From Gammaproteobacteria bacterium (GTDB lineage Bacteria > Pseudomonadota > Gammaproteobacteria > Ga0077536): a stretch of 64,000 nt of DNA. The stretch covers positions 12,407 through 76,406 of the forward strand of contig CBDCJB010000014.1 in the NCBI GenBank assembly GCA_965217605.1, read 5' to 3'. Positions 40,734 to 49,327 of this stretch are shown here, in pieces. A program made the translations under genes and the position numbers. Under the pieces are notes generated by a model that saw only the letters and a program-made list of their open reading frames with translations, made no database searches and was not told the DNA's origin. Every line of letters starts with the position of its first letter. Within the stretch, counting starts at the first letter, position 1.

Positions 40734-41206
40734 GTCGAGACGGAATCCGGGACCATTCCGTCATGCTTGCACTGCACAATTGCAAACAACCGTTGCGGTC
40801 GGACCCTTTCGCTATTCCCTCGCCGGGAGCGCAGCTAAACTTGGCACGGCTTCATGAAGAAGCCTGTTGATCGCTGCAAACCGAGTTCGAGCGTGTCGTA
40901 CAACCGCTCGGTGTGAAAAGAATTCGGGGGCAGTATACGTTTCGCTGTTGCACGTAATAGACGACGCGCGGTACCCACGGTGTATTCGTATACTGTTCCC
41001 GAAACCAACGCCACAAGACCGCGCAGCAAACCCACTTCCGTTTCATTCACCTGCAAACAACGACGTTCGAGGACACCCGCGGTGTACCTCGCCCACCGCC
41101 GTATCGACCGCGGCGGAACATCGGTAAGATAACCGCGCAACTCAAGCGACACCACGTGAAGAAAAACACCGTGAGGAAACTAGTGCCCTGCCTATTACCG
41201 TAATCA

Positions 41207-42103
41207 GTGAGTAAGCCCGTCCTCGGCCTCCACGGCGCTTGGCGCGGAGTCGCGTTGGCCGTGGTCGTAGCGGTCAGTTTCGCCCTCAACACCACCTTGT
41301 CGGCGATGGCCTACGCGGGCGGCAGCAACCCGTTGACCTTGCTGTTCGTGCGCGCGGCCATGGCATTCGGCGTGTTGCACGTGATCCTCGGGTCCCGGGG
41401 TATACCGCGCACCCTACCGCCGGCAAAACGTTACGCGGCATTGGCGTTGGGGATCCCGATGGGGATCGGTTCGTATGGGCTGCTCAGCGCCATCGAGTAC
41501 CTGCCCGTCGCCCTTGCGGTGGTCATTTTTTACACCTATCCGATCCTGGTGGCCGTAACCGGCTGGGTCACGGGCCGCGAGGTGTTTCGGTTGCCGTTCG
41601 CCATCGCGGCGGTCGTCGCGTTCGCCGGTGTCATCCTGGCGCTCAATATCGTCGGCGCCAAACCCCATCCCGTCGGCGTTGCGCTCGCATTCATGGCGGC
41701 GGTCATGATCGCGACCATGTATACGCTCAATGATCGGCTTCGCGAAGACGGTGATCCCCAGCCCATCACACTTCACATGCTGGGTGCGACCTTCGTCGGC
41801 TACGGCGTGGCGTGTGCATGGAGCGGTGATTTCGCGTTACCGGACACGGTTTCGAGTTGGGTAGGGTTCATCGCCGCACCCTTTTTCTACACTCTGTCGA
41901 TCAGCATTCTGTTCGTGGTCATCTCGATTATCGGCCCGATGCGCACAGCGTTGCTGATGAATGTGGAACCCGTGGCGAGCGTGGTCTTGGGTTATCTGCT
42001 TTTGAGTCAGCGGCTGAGCGGGATCCAAATGATCGGCGTGGCCCTGGTCGTCGGCGCCGTGGTGTGGATCGAAGGATCGAAATCCAGCACGGCCAAGGCT
42101 TGA
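41207..42103 (+). CDS. DMT/EamA family transporter
   Basis: About 10 TM helices; two EamA halves with YTYP and NVEPV.S motifs. Confidence 0.9.
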   Translation: MSKPVLGLHGAWRGVALAVVVAVSFALNTTLSAMAYAGGSNPLTLLFVRAAMAFGVLHVILGSRGIPRTLPPAKRYAALALGIPMGIGSYGLLSAIEYLPVALAVVIFYTYPILVAVTGWVTGREVFRLPFAIAAVVAFAGVILALNIVGAKPHPVGVALAFMAAVMIATMYTLNDRLREDGDPQPITLHMLGATFVGYGVACAWSGDFALPDTVSSWVGFIAAPFFYTLSISILFVVISIIGPMRTALLMNVEPVASVVLGYLLLSQRLSGIQMIGVALVVGAVVWIEGSKSSTAKA

Positions 42104-42297
42104 AATACACCGGCGCCTCACACCACCGAATCCGCGCCGAATAATCGCCTCGACGAGATCGGGTTTTCTTCATTAAATAGGGTACGGACCGGCCGATCCC
42201 ATGGCCGGCCCAGAGGGGCCGATTGCTGTCTTGTCTGTATACGATCACGGCTTCGTAATCGGCACGATCCTTTCTGACCAATTTACGGAGAACAACC

Positions 42298-43059
42298 ATG
42301 CGTTACTTCTTATCGCCAAGCCGGAGCCTGGCCACCGTAGTCATCGCGATGATGGTTACGGGCACCGCAAGCGCCGCTTTGGTACAGGAAATCTATGACG
42401 ATTTCACCTTGCAATAAGACGATGCGGTGATGACCTTGTTCGGCAAGCCGCTCGCCGGGGGCAACACGGTATTTTTCTTACCGACGCAATTCAAAGCTTT
42501 TCTACCCGCGGACGAGACCGCCACGTCAACCCGGGTGTTGCAGGTGGACGACACGACCAACTTCGCCATCTTTCCGCACGGCAATCAGATCATCACGGAC
42601 CTCAAACTGGTCGAACAAGGCGACTACACCCACATCGGGGGCGGCTTGTTTGACGGATACATCGTCCACGGCCGTGTGTTTGTGCGCCACGCAGATAGTC
42701 CAGCGCAATTCGCATCGACGCCATTCGAACACACCTTCACGGACGGCAGTGATGCCACTATCCTCGATGTGTGGGAATTCGAGCAGGAGATAGCGACTCC
42801 CGGCCTGCCTTCCGATGTCTGGATTACGATCGAGAATTTCTTGGTGATCATCGACCAGGGACAGAGCGTTGGGCTTCCAGGCCAACAACCACAGGGTGGT
42901 TTCGGCAGCGAGGTGTTCATCCAGAAGAAGTTCATTGGCTTTGAAGTCGGCATCGCGCCAGTGCCCATCGCGCTGACTGCGATGCCCATACCCGCGGCTT
43001 TTTGGTTCATGAGTTCCGCGCTCGCCGCGTTGGGCGTGGTCAAGCGACGCGCGCGTTAG
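42298..43059 (+). pseudogene. VPLPA/PEP-CTERM-type secreted protein with in-frame TAA at 42415
   Basis: ggag RBS, ATG 42298, signal peptide MRYFLSPSRSLATVVIAMMVTGTASA in the same frame as track ORF 42427-43059; tail MPIPAAFWFMSSALAALGVVKRRAR. Confidence 0.75.
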
Positions 43060-43124
43060 GGGTTGCGCTCTTGAACGCGGCGCCGCAGGGCTGCGGTCGG
43101 CTTGCCGTGTCGGTTAAACGCCGA

Positions 43125-44435
43125 TCACTTGGCCAAGAGTGTCATCGCGCCGATGACCATGGCCTCCACGCCCGTCTTGACCGCTGGCGCGGGATCGATC
43201 TTGAAGTGCGGCGAGTGATGAAAGGCCGCTGACGCCAAGTCGTGCTCGGGCGTCCCGCCAACGCGGAAATAGACGCCCTTGACGCCGGTATCGGGGGCGA
43301 CGAAGTGGGCGAAATCTTCCGCGCCCATGCCGGATCGCGGCGTTTTGCCCAGCCGGTCCGTGCCAAAGTGTTGCTCGAACGCCGCCACGAGCCGCGCGCG
43401 GGTGTCCGCGTGGTTGATGGACGGTGGCGTGGATTCCGTCTTCGAACGCATGACTTCGGGTAGCTTGTCTTGCGGTACACCGAGCGAGCGGGCGACGCCA
43501 TCGACGACGCCGTCGATTCGATCGAGCAAAATTTCACGCGTTGCGAAACTGTCTGCACGAACGGTCACTTTCATGTCCACGCGTTCGCCGATGATGTTGT
43601 GTTTCGATCCGCCATGGATGGCACCGACCGTGATCACGCCCGGCTCCAGCGGATTGATCGAACGGCTGACAATGGTTTGCAGCGCCACCACGATGTGCGC
43701 GGCGACCAATACCGGATCGACGGTTTTATGCGGATAGGCACCGTGGCCGCCGACCCCGTGAACGACGATGTCGACGCTATCGGAACTGGAGTAGGCGATG
43801 CCGGAGCGTACTTCGATCCTGCCCGCGGCGACCTCGGAGGATACGTGGAATGCGAGTGCATAGTCCGGTTTTGGAAACCGGCTGTACAGACCATCGTCGA
43901 GCATCGCGCGGGCGCCGGAAACGCGCTCTTCGGCGGGTTGCCCGATCAGCACCAGCGTACCGGACCACTGATCCCTACTGGCCGCGAGCTGGCGCGCGGC
44001 GCCGACCAGCGCCGTGATATGCACGTCGTGACCACAGGCATGCATCACGGGCTGCTCGATCCCGTTGATGTCGACCTGGCGCACCGTGGAGGCATACGCC
44101 AAGCCTGATCGTTCCTCGATCGGCAAGCCGTCCATGTCCGCGCGCAGCATGACCGTTGGTCCGCTGCCGTTCGCGAGTACCGCCACGACCCCCGTGCCCC
44201 CAACGCTTTCCGTCACGTCATAACCGAGTGTACGAAACGCTTCTTCAAGACGCGCGGCCGTCTTGAATTCCCGGTGCGAAAGCTCCGGGTTCGCGTGGAA
44301 ATGTTTGAAGAGGTCCTCGAGATGGGCGTCATAGTCGTTCGCGATCGCAGCGCGAAGCGGTTCGGCGCCTGTAACGCTACTCGTTAACGCGAGCCACGCA
44401 GAGAATAGAAGGCATGGCGACGAGTACGTCTTCAT
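43125..44435 (-). CDS. M20 family amidohydrolase (hippurate hydrolase-like), secreted
   Basis: HANPELS..E, LRADMDGLP, MHACGHD, QPAEE, GGHGAYPH, MGAEDF. Confidence 0.92.
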   Translation of the reverse strand: MKTYSSPCLLFSAWLALTSSVTGAEPLRAAIANDYDAHLEDLFKHFHANPELSHREFKTAARLEEAFRTLGYDVTESVGGTGVVAVLANGSGPTVMLRADMDGLPIEERSGLAYASTVRQVDINGIEQPVMHACGHDVHITALVGAARQLAASRDQWSGTLVLIGQPAEERVSGARAMLDDGLYSRFPKPDYALAFHVSSEVAAGRIEVRSGIAYSSSDSVDIVVHGVGGHGAYPHKTVDPVLVAAHIVVALQTIVSRSINPLEPGVITVGAIHGGSKHNIIGERVDMKVTVRADSFATREILLDRIDGVVDGVARSLGVPQDKLPEVMRSKTESTPPSINHADTRARLVAAFEQHFGTDRLGKTPRSGMGAEDFAHFVAPDTGVKGVYFRVGGTPEHDLASAAFHHSPHFKIDPAPAVKTGVEAMVIGAMTLLAK

Positions 44436-44451
44436 GCAAAAAGAGGATGCC

Positions 44452-44889
44452 TCACGGCTCACAAACGAACACCGGGATGTCCCGCGCCGTGCGTTTTTGA
44501 TAATCCTCGAACGGCGCATAGTGTTCGACACAGGTCGGCCACAGCGCGGCTTTCTCGGCAGCGTCCGCCAGGCGTGCGCGGAGTTTTCGGCGTGCGCCAC
44601 CCTCTTCCACCTCGATATCGGGGTGGGCGATCAGATTGTGGTACCAACGTGGATTATTCGGCGAGCCGGCGAGCGATGCGACCAGGATGACGTTGTCGCC
44701 GTGCGGGACGTACATCAACGGGATGGTGCGCTGCTTACCCGATTTTGCGCCGGTCATCGTTACGAGGCAGATGGAGTCGCCCGCGAATTTATTCATGAAG
44801 CGTCCGCCGCTCACTTTATAGATCCATACGTTCAAGCGCGTGAACGCCTTGACCACCCAATGGGCCGGCGGTTTGCCCGTGTCGGCCAT
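44452..44889 (-). CDS. Nitroreductase family deazaflavin (F420)-dependent oxidoreductase (Ddn-like)
   Basis: TMTGAKSGK.RT.PLMY, AS.AG.P.NP.WYHNL.AHP, Y..YQ.RT.RDIPV. Confidence 0.9.
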   Translation of the reverse strand: MADTGKPPAHWVVKAFTRLNVWIYKVSGGRFMNKFAGDSICLVTMTGAKSGKQRTIPLMYVPHGDNVILVASLAGSPNNPRWYHNLIAHPDIEVEEGGARRKLRARLADAAEKAALWPTCVEHYAPFEDYQKRTARDIPVFVCEP

Positions 44890-45083
44890 TACGGCGCTCT
44901 TCGACCGCGTTGTTTCATCTCCTCCTGATACTCGCGATTTTCCATGCGTGCTTGCAACACGAACCACAACAGCCACAACACTACGCCGATTACGGCGAGC
45001 ACCATCTCACTGCCGACGAACGGGTAGATCGCGCCGATATCAGCGATCTCGCCGGCCCAAGTCTCGATATTTCCTGTCGCCAT
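44889..45083 (-). CDS. Small single-TM protein following Amt
   Basis: W...IADIGAIYPFVGSE + TM helix; TAATG overlap with the next gene. Confidence 0.7.
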   Translation of the reverse strand: MATGNIETWAGEIADIGAIYPFVGSEMVLAVIGVVLWLLWFVLQARMENREYQEEMKQRGRRAP

Positions 45084-45101
45084 GTTGATGACTCCTTCGA
45101 T

Positions 45102-46493
45102 CTAAGTTGGAGAAGAATGCGCTTGTTCGGCCGCTTCGATCTCCTTCATCGCGGCTTCGAATGCGATTTCCTGACCTACATCGAGCCCCTTGATCTCGAT
45201 TGCTTCGGGGATCCGCAGCAAACCGAATTTTTTCAACGCGGTCGAAACGATGTAAGCGGGTAGAAACCCGAGCACGAAAAACATGATGACCGCGCCGGCC
45301 GTCTGCCCCCAGGGCGAAATGGTCGCGTAATCCGGATTAGGCGATGCCGGATAACCCCACAAGACGAAGCCCGCGATGATGACGCCAAAGCATCCCGCAT
45401 AACCGTGCACGGCCACGGCGCCTACGCCGTCGTCCAGTTTGAATCGATTTTCGACCCAGTAATGTGCTTTGTATGCGAGCGTGGCGCCGGCCGCGCCGAT
45501 CAGCAGCGACTGTATCGGGTGATACAGGTCATTACCCGCCGACGCGGAAATAACGCCGGCCAGCGCGCACGAATAGGTCCAAAACGGATCACCCTTCGAG
45601 ACCAGATAACCGGCCAGGAAACCGCCCGATAGCGACATCAGGAAATTGAAGGTGATGGCCGACAAGGTCGTCGGTCCGAGGTAGATGTTGGTTGCAGAAA
45701 AAAATACGCCGTCGCCCGCCTGGATGTCAAACATCGGGATGTTGCAGGCCGCGTAAAATCCCCAAAAGCCGGTAAAGATGATGAACAGCCCGACGGTCGC
45801 CAACCAGGGGTCGTGAGGCGGGATCTCCCGTGCCGTGCCATCCGGCCGGAAACGGCCGATGCGCTGGCCCAGGGGGATCAAGACGCCGAGCGCAAAACCG
45901 CCCGCGATGGCGTGAATGACGCCCGACGCGTACGCATCGTGATAACCGAGCTTCTGCACCATCCAACCGTCCGGATGCCAACCCCACGAGGCATCGATGA
46001 TCCAAAGCACACAACCGATGAGAACAGCCAGTATCCAAAACGCATTGGACCGGATGCGCTCGATGGTCGCGGTCGATACGATGGCGGCGACGGTCCAGGA
46101 AAAGAGCAGGAAGGCCCCCCAGAAGACGCCGTTCAGACGTGACCATGTCGCCGTGTCTGCGCTCGTTAAAGCTTCACTCCCCGGCGGGCCGCCCAAATGC
46201 GGCCCCATGAGTTCGCTCCACGCCAGCGCGTGCGGCGCGTCCACCAGGCCGCCTGTTATGCCGGGCCCGTTCGGAAACGCGAAATAGATCCACCAGCCCA
46301 CGAAGAAGAATCCCAGCGTGACCAGGGGGATGTGCATGGTGACCTGCATCAGGGTGTGCAGGCGATTCTTTGCGCGAGACGCGGCAACCTCGTAGACGCA
46401 GAACCCGACCTTGATCAGGAACATCAAGACGATCATCACCCAGTAGTAAAATTCGGTGAACAGGATCGTCAGAGCCGTGGTTTCCTGATCCAT
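45102..46493 (-). CDS. amt: Ammonium/methylammonium transporter (Amt family)
   Basis: WGW...GW....GYHDAYASG.IH, GL..I..GF.GF, DD.VGAVAVHG motifs. Confidence 0.9.
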   Translation of the reverse strand: MDQETTALTILFTEFYYWVMIVLMFLIKVGFCVYEVAASRAKNRLHTLMQVTMHIPLVTLGFFFVGWWIYFAFPNGPGITGGLVDAPHALAWSELMGPHLGGPPGSEALTSADTATWSRLNGVFWGAFLLFSWTVAAIVSTATIERIRSNAFWILAVLIGCVLWIIDASWGWHPDGWMVQKLGYHDAYASGVIHAIAGGFALGVLIPLGQRIGRFRPDGTAREIPPHDPWLATVGLFIIFTGFWGFYAACNIPMFDIQAGDGVFFSATNIYLGPTTLSAITFNFLMSLSGGFLAGYLVSKGDPFWTYSCALAGVISASAGNDLYHPIQSLLIGAAGATLAYKAHYWVENRFKLDDGVGAVAVHGYAGCFGVIIAGFVLWGYPASPNPDYATISPWGQTAGAVIMFFVLGFLPAYIVSTALKKFGLLRIPEAIEIKGLDVGQEIAFEAAMKEIEAAEQAHSSPT

Positions 46494-46563
46494 ACCTCCC
46501 CCTGGATATTCGCCCGCTTGCGGGCGAATTATAAAGATCTACCGCGCCGGGTGCCGAACCTGC

Positions 46564-47199
46564 TCAAGCCTCGTTATCTCCGTAATACATGATCGACAGG
46601 AACTGGATCGGCAATGACAACAGCTTCTCGGGTCCGTGCGGGATGTTGCCATCGAAGGTGATGGCGTCACCCGGCTTTAACACGTACGTGTGGCGACCGT
46701 GCCGGTATTCGATCTTGCCTTTGAGCATGTAGAGGAATTCCGTACCTTCGTGCTGAAAACTCGGAAACGTTTCGCTCTCGTCATCGAGGGTGATCAGAAA
46801 CGGTTCGAAGTGCTTCTTGGGGCCCTGATCGTAGGACAGGAGCTCATAAGTGTGGCCGCGTTTCGTGCCGCGACGAGCCACGTCCATACCGTCACCTTTG
46901 GGGATGAACGTCGCCGTGCCTTCCGGTACGTCGAAATCCTTGAACAGATTACCGAGCGAGATGCCGAGCGATTGACAGATGCGCGACAAGGCATCGAGGC
47001 TCGGCGTAGCCTGGCCGTTTTCGATGCGGCTCAACATGCCGCGACTGACTTCGGACAGCTCGGAGACGTCCTGGATGGTCAAATGCTGATCGAGCCGCCG
47101 GTGCTTGAGCGCCGCACCCAGAAACGCGCTCAGATCGGGTTGGTCGGCGCCTAAACCCTCAATCAGTTTGAGGTCGGCCGTAGGGATTTTCTTACTCAT
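46564..47199 (-). CDS. XRE-family HTH + cupin transcriptional regulator
   Basis: LTIQDVSELSEVSRGMLSRIENGQATPSL HTH; FQHEGTEFLYML.G cupin. Confidence 0.92.
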   Translation of the reverse strand: MSKKIPTADLKLIEGLGADQPDLSAFLGAALKHRRLDQHLTIQDVSELSEVSRGMLSRIENGQATPSLDALSRICQSLGISLGNLFKDFDVPEGTATFIPKGDGMDVARRGTKRGHTYELLSYDQGPKKHFEPFLITLDDESETFPSFQHEGTEFLYMLKGKIEYRHGRHTYVLKPGDAITFDGNIPHGPEKLLSLPIQFLSIMYYGDNEA

Positions 47200-47207
47200 A
47201 GTGGAAT

Positions 47208-47278
47208 CCCGGATTCCGCTACGCTCCATCCAGGCTACGTAAGCCCTGTAGCCCGGATGGAGCGTAGCGGAATCCGGG
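47208..47278. repeat. Inverted REP pair (BIME-like)
   Basis: cccggattccgctacgctccatccaggctac (47208-47238) and gtagcccggatggagcgtagcggaatccggg (47248-47278). Confidence 0.85.
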
Positions 47279-47330
47279 GGCAACACTTAAACCGCGGTCG
47301 GCGCGCACGTGAATCATGCCGAGACAGGCT

Positions 47331-48665
47331 CTAATAAAACCCGAGCAACCGTTCGCGTTCCCAGTCGGAGATATGCCGGCAGTATTCGATCCATTCCATG
47401 CGCTTGACGTCCAGGAACTCGTCGATGAATGCCTTTCCGAGCTGCTCGGAGAACAACTTGCTCGATTCGAGTTCATCCAGGGCTTCGCCCAGGGTCTGCG
47501 GCAGAAGTTTCACTTTGCGCTTGCGCAGTTCGCGGTCTGACAGCTCGTAGAAATTGACGTTTTGCGGCGGGCCCGGATCGATTTCGTTTTCGATGCCGTC
47601 GAGGCCCGCAGCGATCATCGCTGCGCCGGCGAGATAGGGGTTGCAGGACGAATCGGCAAGCCGGAGCTCGAGCCGGCCGTAGGGTACGCGAACCATCGCC
47701 GTGCGATTGTTATCACCGTAACCGATGTAGGCCGGCGCCCAGGTCGCGCCCGAGAGGGCGCGGCCGACGACGAGCCGCTTGTAAGAATTGACCGACGGCG
47801 CGCTGAGGGCCGCCAACGGCCGAGCATGCTTCAGCAAACCACCGAGAAAATGATAGCCCGTCGTGGATAAACCGAGCCCGTTGGCGTCGCTGTCATCCTG
47901 AAAGAGATTGTTGCTGCCCCCGCCCGCGATCGAAATATGCATGTGCATGCCGCTGCCGGTGCGGTCGGTAAACGGTTTCGGCATGAAGGTGCATATGAGC
48001 CCGAGATCGTTTGCGATTTCGTTGGCCGCCATGCGGAAAAACACAAAGTGGTCCGCAGAGGTCAGGGCGTCGGTATAGGTGTAGTTCATCTCGAACTGAC
48101 CGTTACCGTCCTCGTGGTCGATTTGATACACGTCGAATCCGACTTCCTTGAGCGAATTCACGAGCGTTTCCAAAAAGGTTCTGCTGCGCGACAGCCCCTT
48201 GTAGTCGTAACAGGGTTTTTCGAGGATATCCGTGTCATCGGCGGGCGCCAGCGAACCGTCCTCGTGCCGCTGAAGCAACATGAATTCGGGCTCCAAGCCG
48301 GTATTCATGGTCCAACCCCGCTCGGACAAGCGCGCGATCTGCTGTTTCATGACGTAGCGCGTATCGAACGGCCACGGTTTTTCATCGACCGTGCCGTCGC
48401 ACACGATACGCGCATAGCCCGGCTGCCAGGGGACGAGCGAAAGGGTATTGATGTCACCGACCGCCATGAAGTCATGATCTTCGGGGCCTTGCCCCATTCC
48501 CCACGCGGCGAAACCCGCGAAGCCCGCACCGTCGGTCAGCACATCATCGAGGTGATCGGCGGGTACGGACTTGGTCTTCGCCACGCCGTGTATGTCCACG
48601 AATTGCGCTAGAACGAATTTGACGTCGTGTTTACTTAGAAAATCTTTCGCTTCAGTCGGCGTCAT
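47331..48665 (-). CDS. gmaS: Type III glutamate--ammonia ligase / gamma-glutamylmethylamide synthetase
   Basis: [39 protein letters not shown]....G.GMH.H; sits next to mgd-like genes. Confidence 0.85.
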   Translation of the reverse strand: MTPTEAKDFLSKHDVKFVLAQFVDIHGVAKTKSVPADHLDDVLTDGAGFAGFAAWGMGQGPEDHDFMAVGDINTLSLVPWQPGYARIVCDGTVDEKPWPFDTRYVMKQQIARLSERGWTMNTGLEPEFMLLQRHEDGSLAPADDTDILEKPCYDYKGLSRSRTFLETLVNSLKEVGFDVYQIDHEDGNGQFEMNYTYTDALTSADHFVFFRMAANEIANDLGLICTFMPKPFTDRTGSGMHMHISIAGGGSNNLFQDDSDANGLGLSTTGYHFLGGLLKHARPLAALSAPSVNSYKRLVVGRALSGATWAPAYIGYGDNNRTAMVRVPYGRLELRLADSSCNPYLAGAAMIAAGLDGIENEIDPGPPQNVNFYELSDRELRKRKVKLLPQTLGEALDELESSKLFSEQLGKAFIDEFLDVKRMEWIEYCRHISDWERERLLGFY

Positions 48666-49327
48666 GTGGCGTCTCCCCTTTGAATGAGTCCCAAATAATC
48701 GTTGTAGCCTGCGACGGACCCGCCGTGCTCCGCGATCACACCGGCAAGTGCCGCAAAGACAAAGACAGCGTCCGCGGGCGTACACATCAAACGGTAGTCG
48801 ACGCGTCCGCAGCGCAAGCGGCGCATCATGACCTCGCAGTTGGCGAGACGCGTCGCAATCCACATATCGTCCGCGGCATCGTCGATGTTCATCGGGCAAA
48901 GTTCGCTGACGGCGATGCTCGCCGCCGGCCCGCCCAAGGCGAAATCCGCCGCCTCAAGTTGCAACACCAACACATCACCTTGCCGGCCGGCGGGTTCATC
49001 GAACAGTTGGTCCGTTTTCTCAGGCTGACTCGCCGCGACGAGCATAAAGCGGTTGCGATGGACGTAGGCAACCGCACCATCGACACCGAGCGGCCGCCAA
49101 CGTAACAACGCCTGCGGCGCCTCGAGCCCAAAGGATTCCAGAAATTGCCGGGCGCCAACGCCCGCAATCATTCGTTTGTGCGCGGCGCTGACGTCTGCGA
49201 GGAAACCTGCGGCGTTTATCGTGGATCGCGTCGCGACCGCGATCAACGTGTCATTGACGGCGCCGTGTTCGAACCGCGCCGCGTCGAATGCGGCGATGAC
49301 CGGACTACGTTTCGCCGCTACGCTCAT
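48662..49327 (-). CDS. mgdD: N-methylglutamate dehydrogenase / sarcosine oxidase gamma-like subunit
   Basis: Position after the alpha subunit; GcvT-N-like sequence; 4-nt overlaps. Confidence 0.65.
   Translation of the reverse strand: MSVAAKRSPVIAAFDAARFEHGAVNDTLIAVATRSTINAAGFLADVSAAHKRMIAGVGARQFLESFGLEAPQALLRWRPLGVDGAVAYVHRNRFMLVAASQPEKTDQLFDEPAGRQGDVLVLQLEAADFALGGPAASIAVSELCPMNIDDAADDMWIATRLANCEVMMRRLRCGRVDYRLMCTPADAVFVFAALAGVIAEHGGSVAGYNDYLGLIQRGDAT

Noticed and set aside
40835-41155. 106-aa minus-strand ORF between HAD and DMT genes
   Set aside because: No motif, no clear RBS; cannot support it as a gene.
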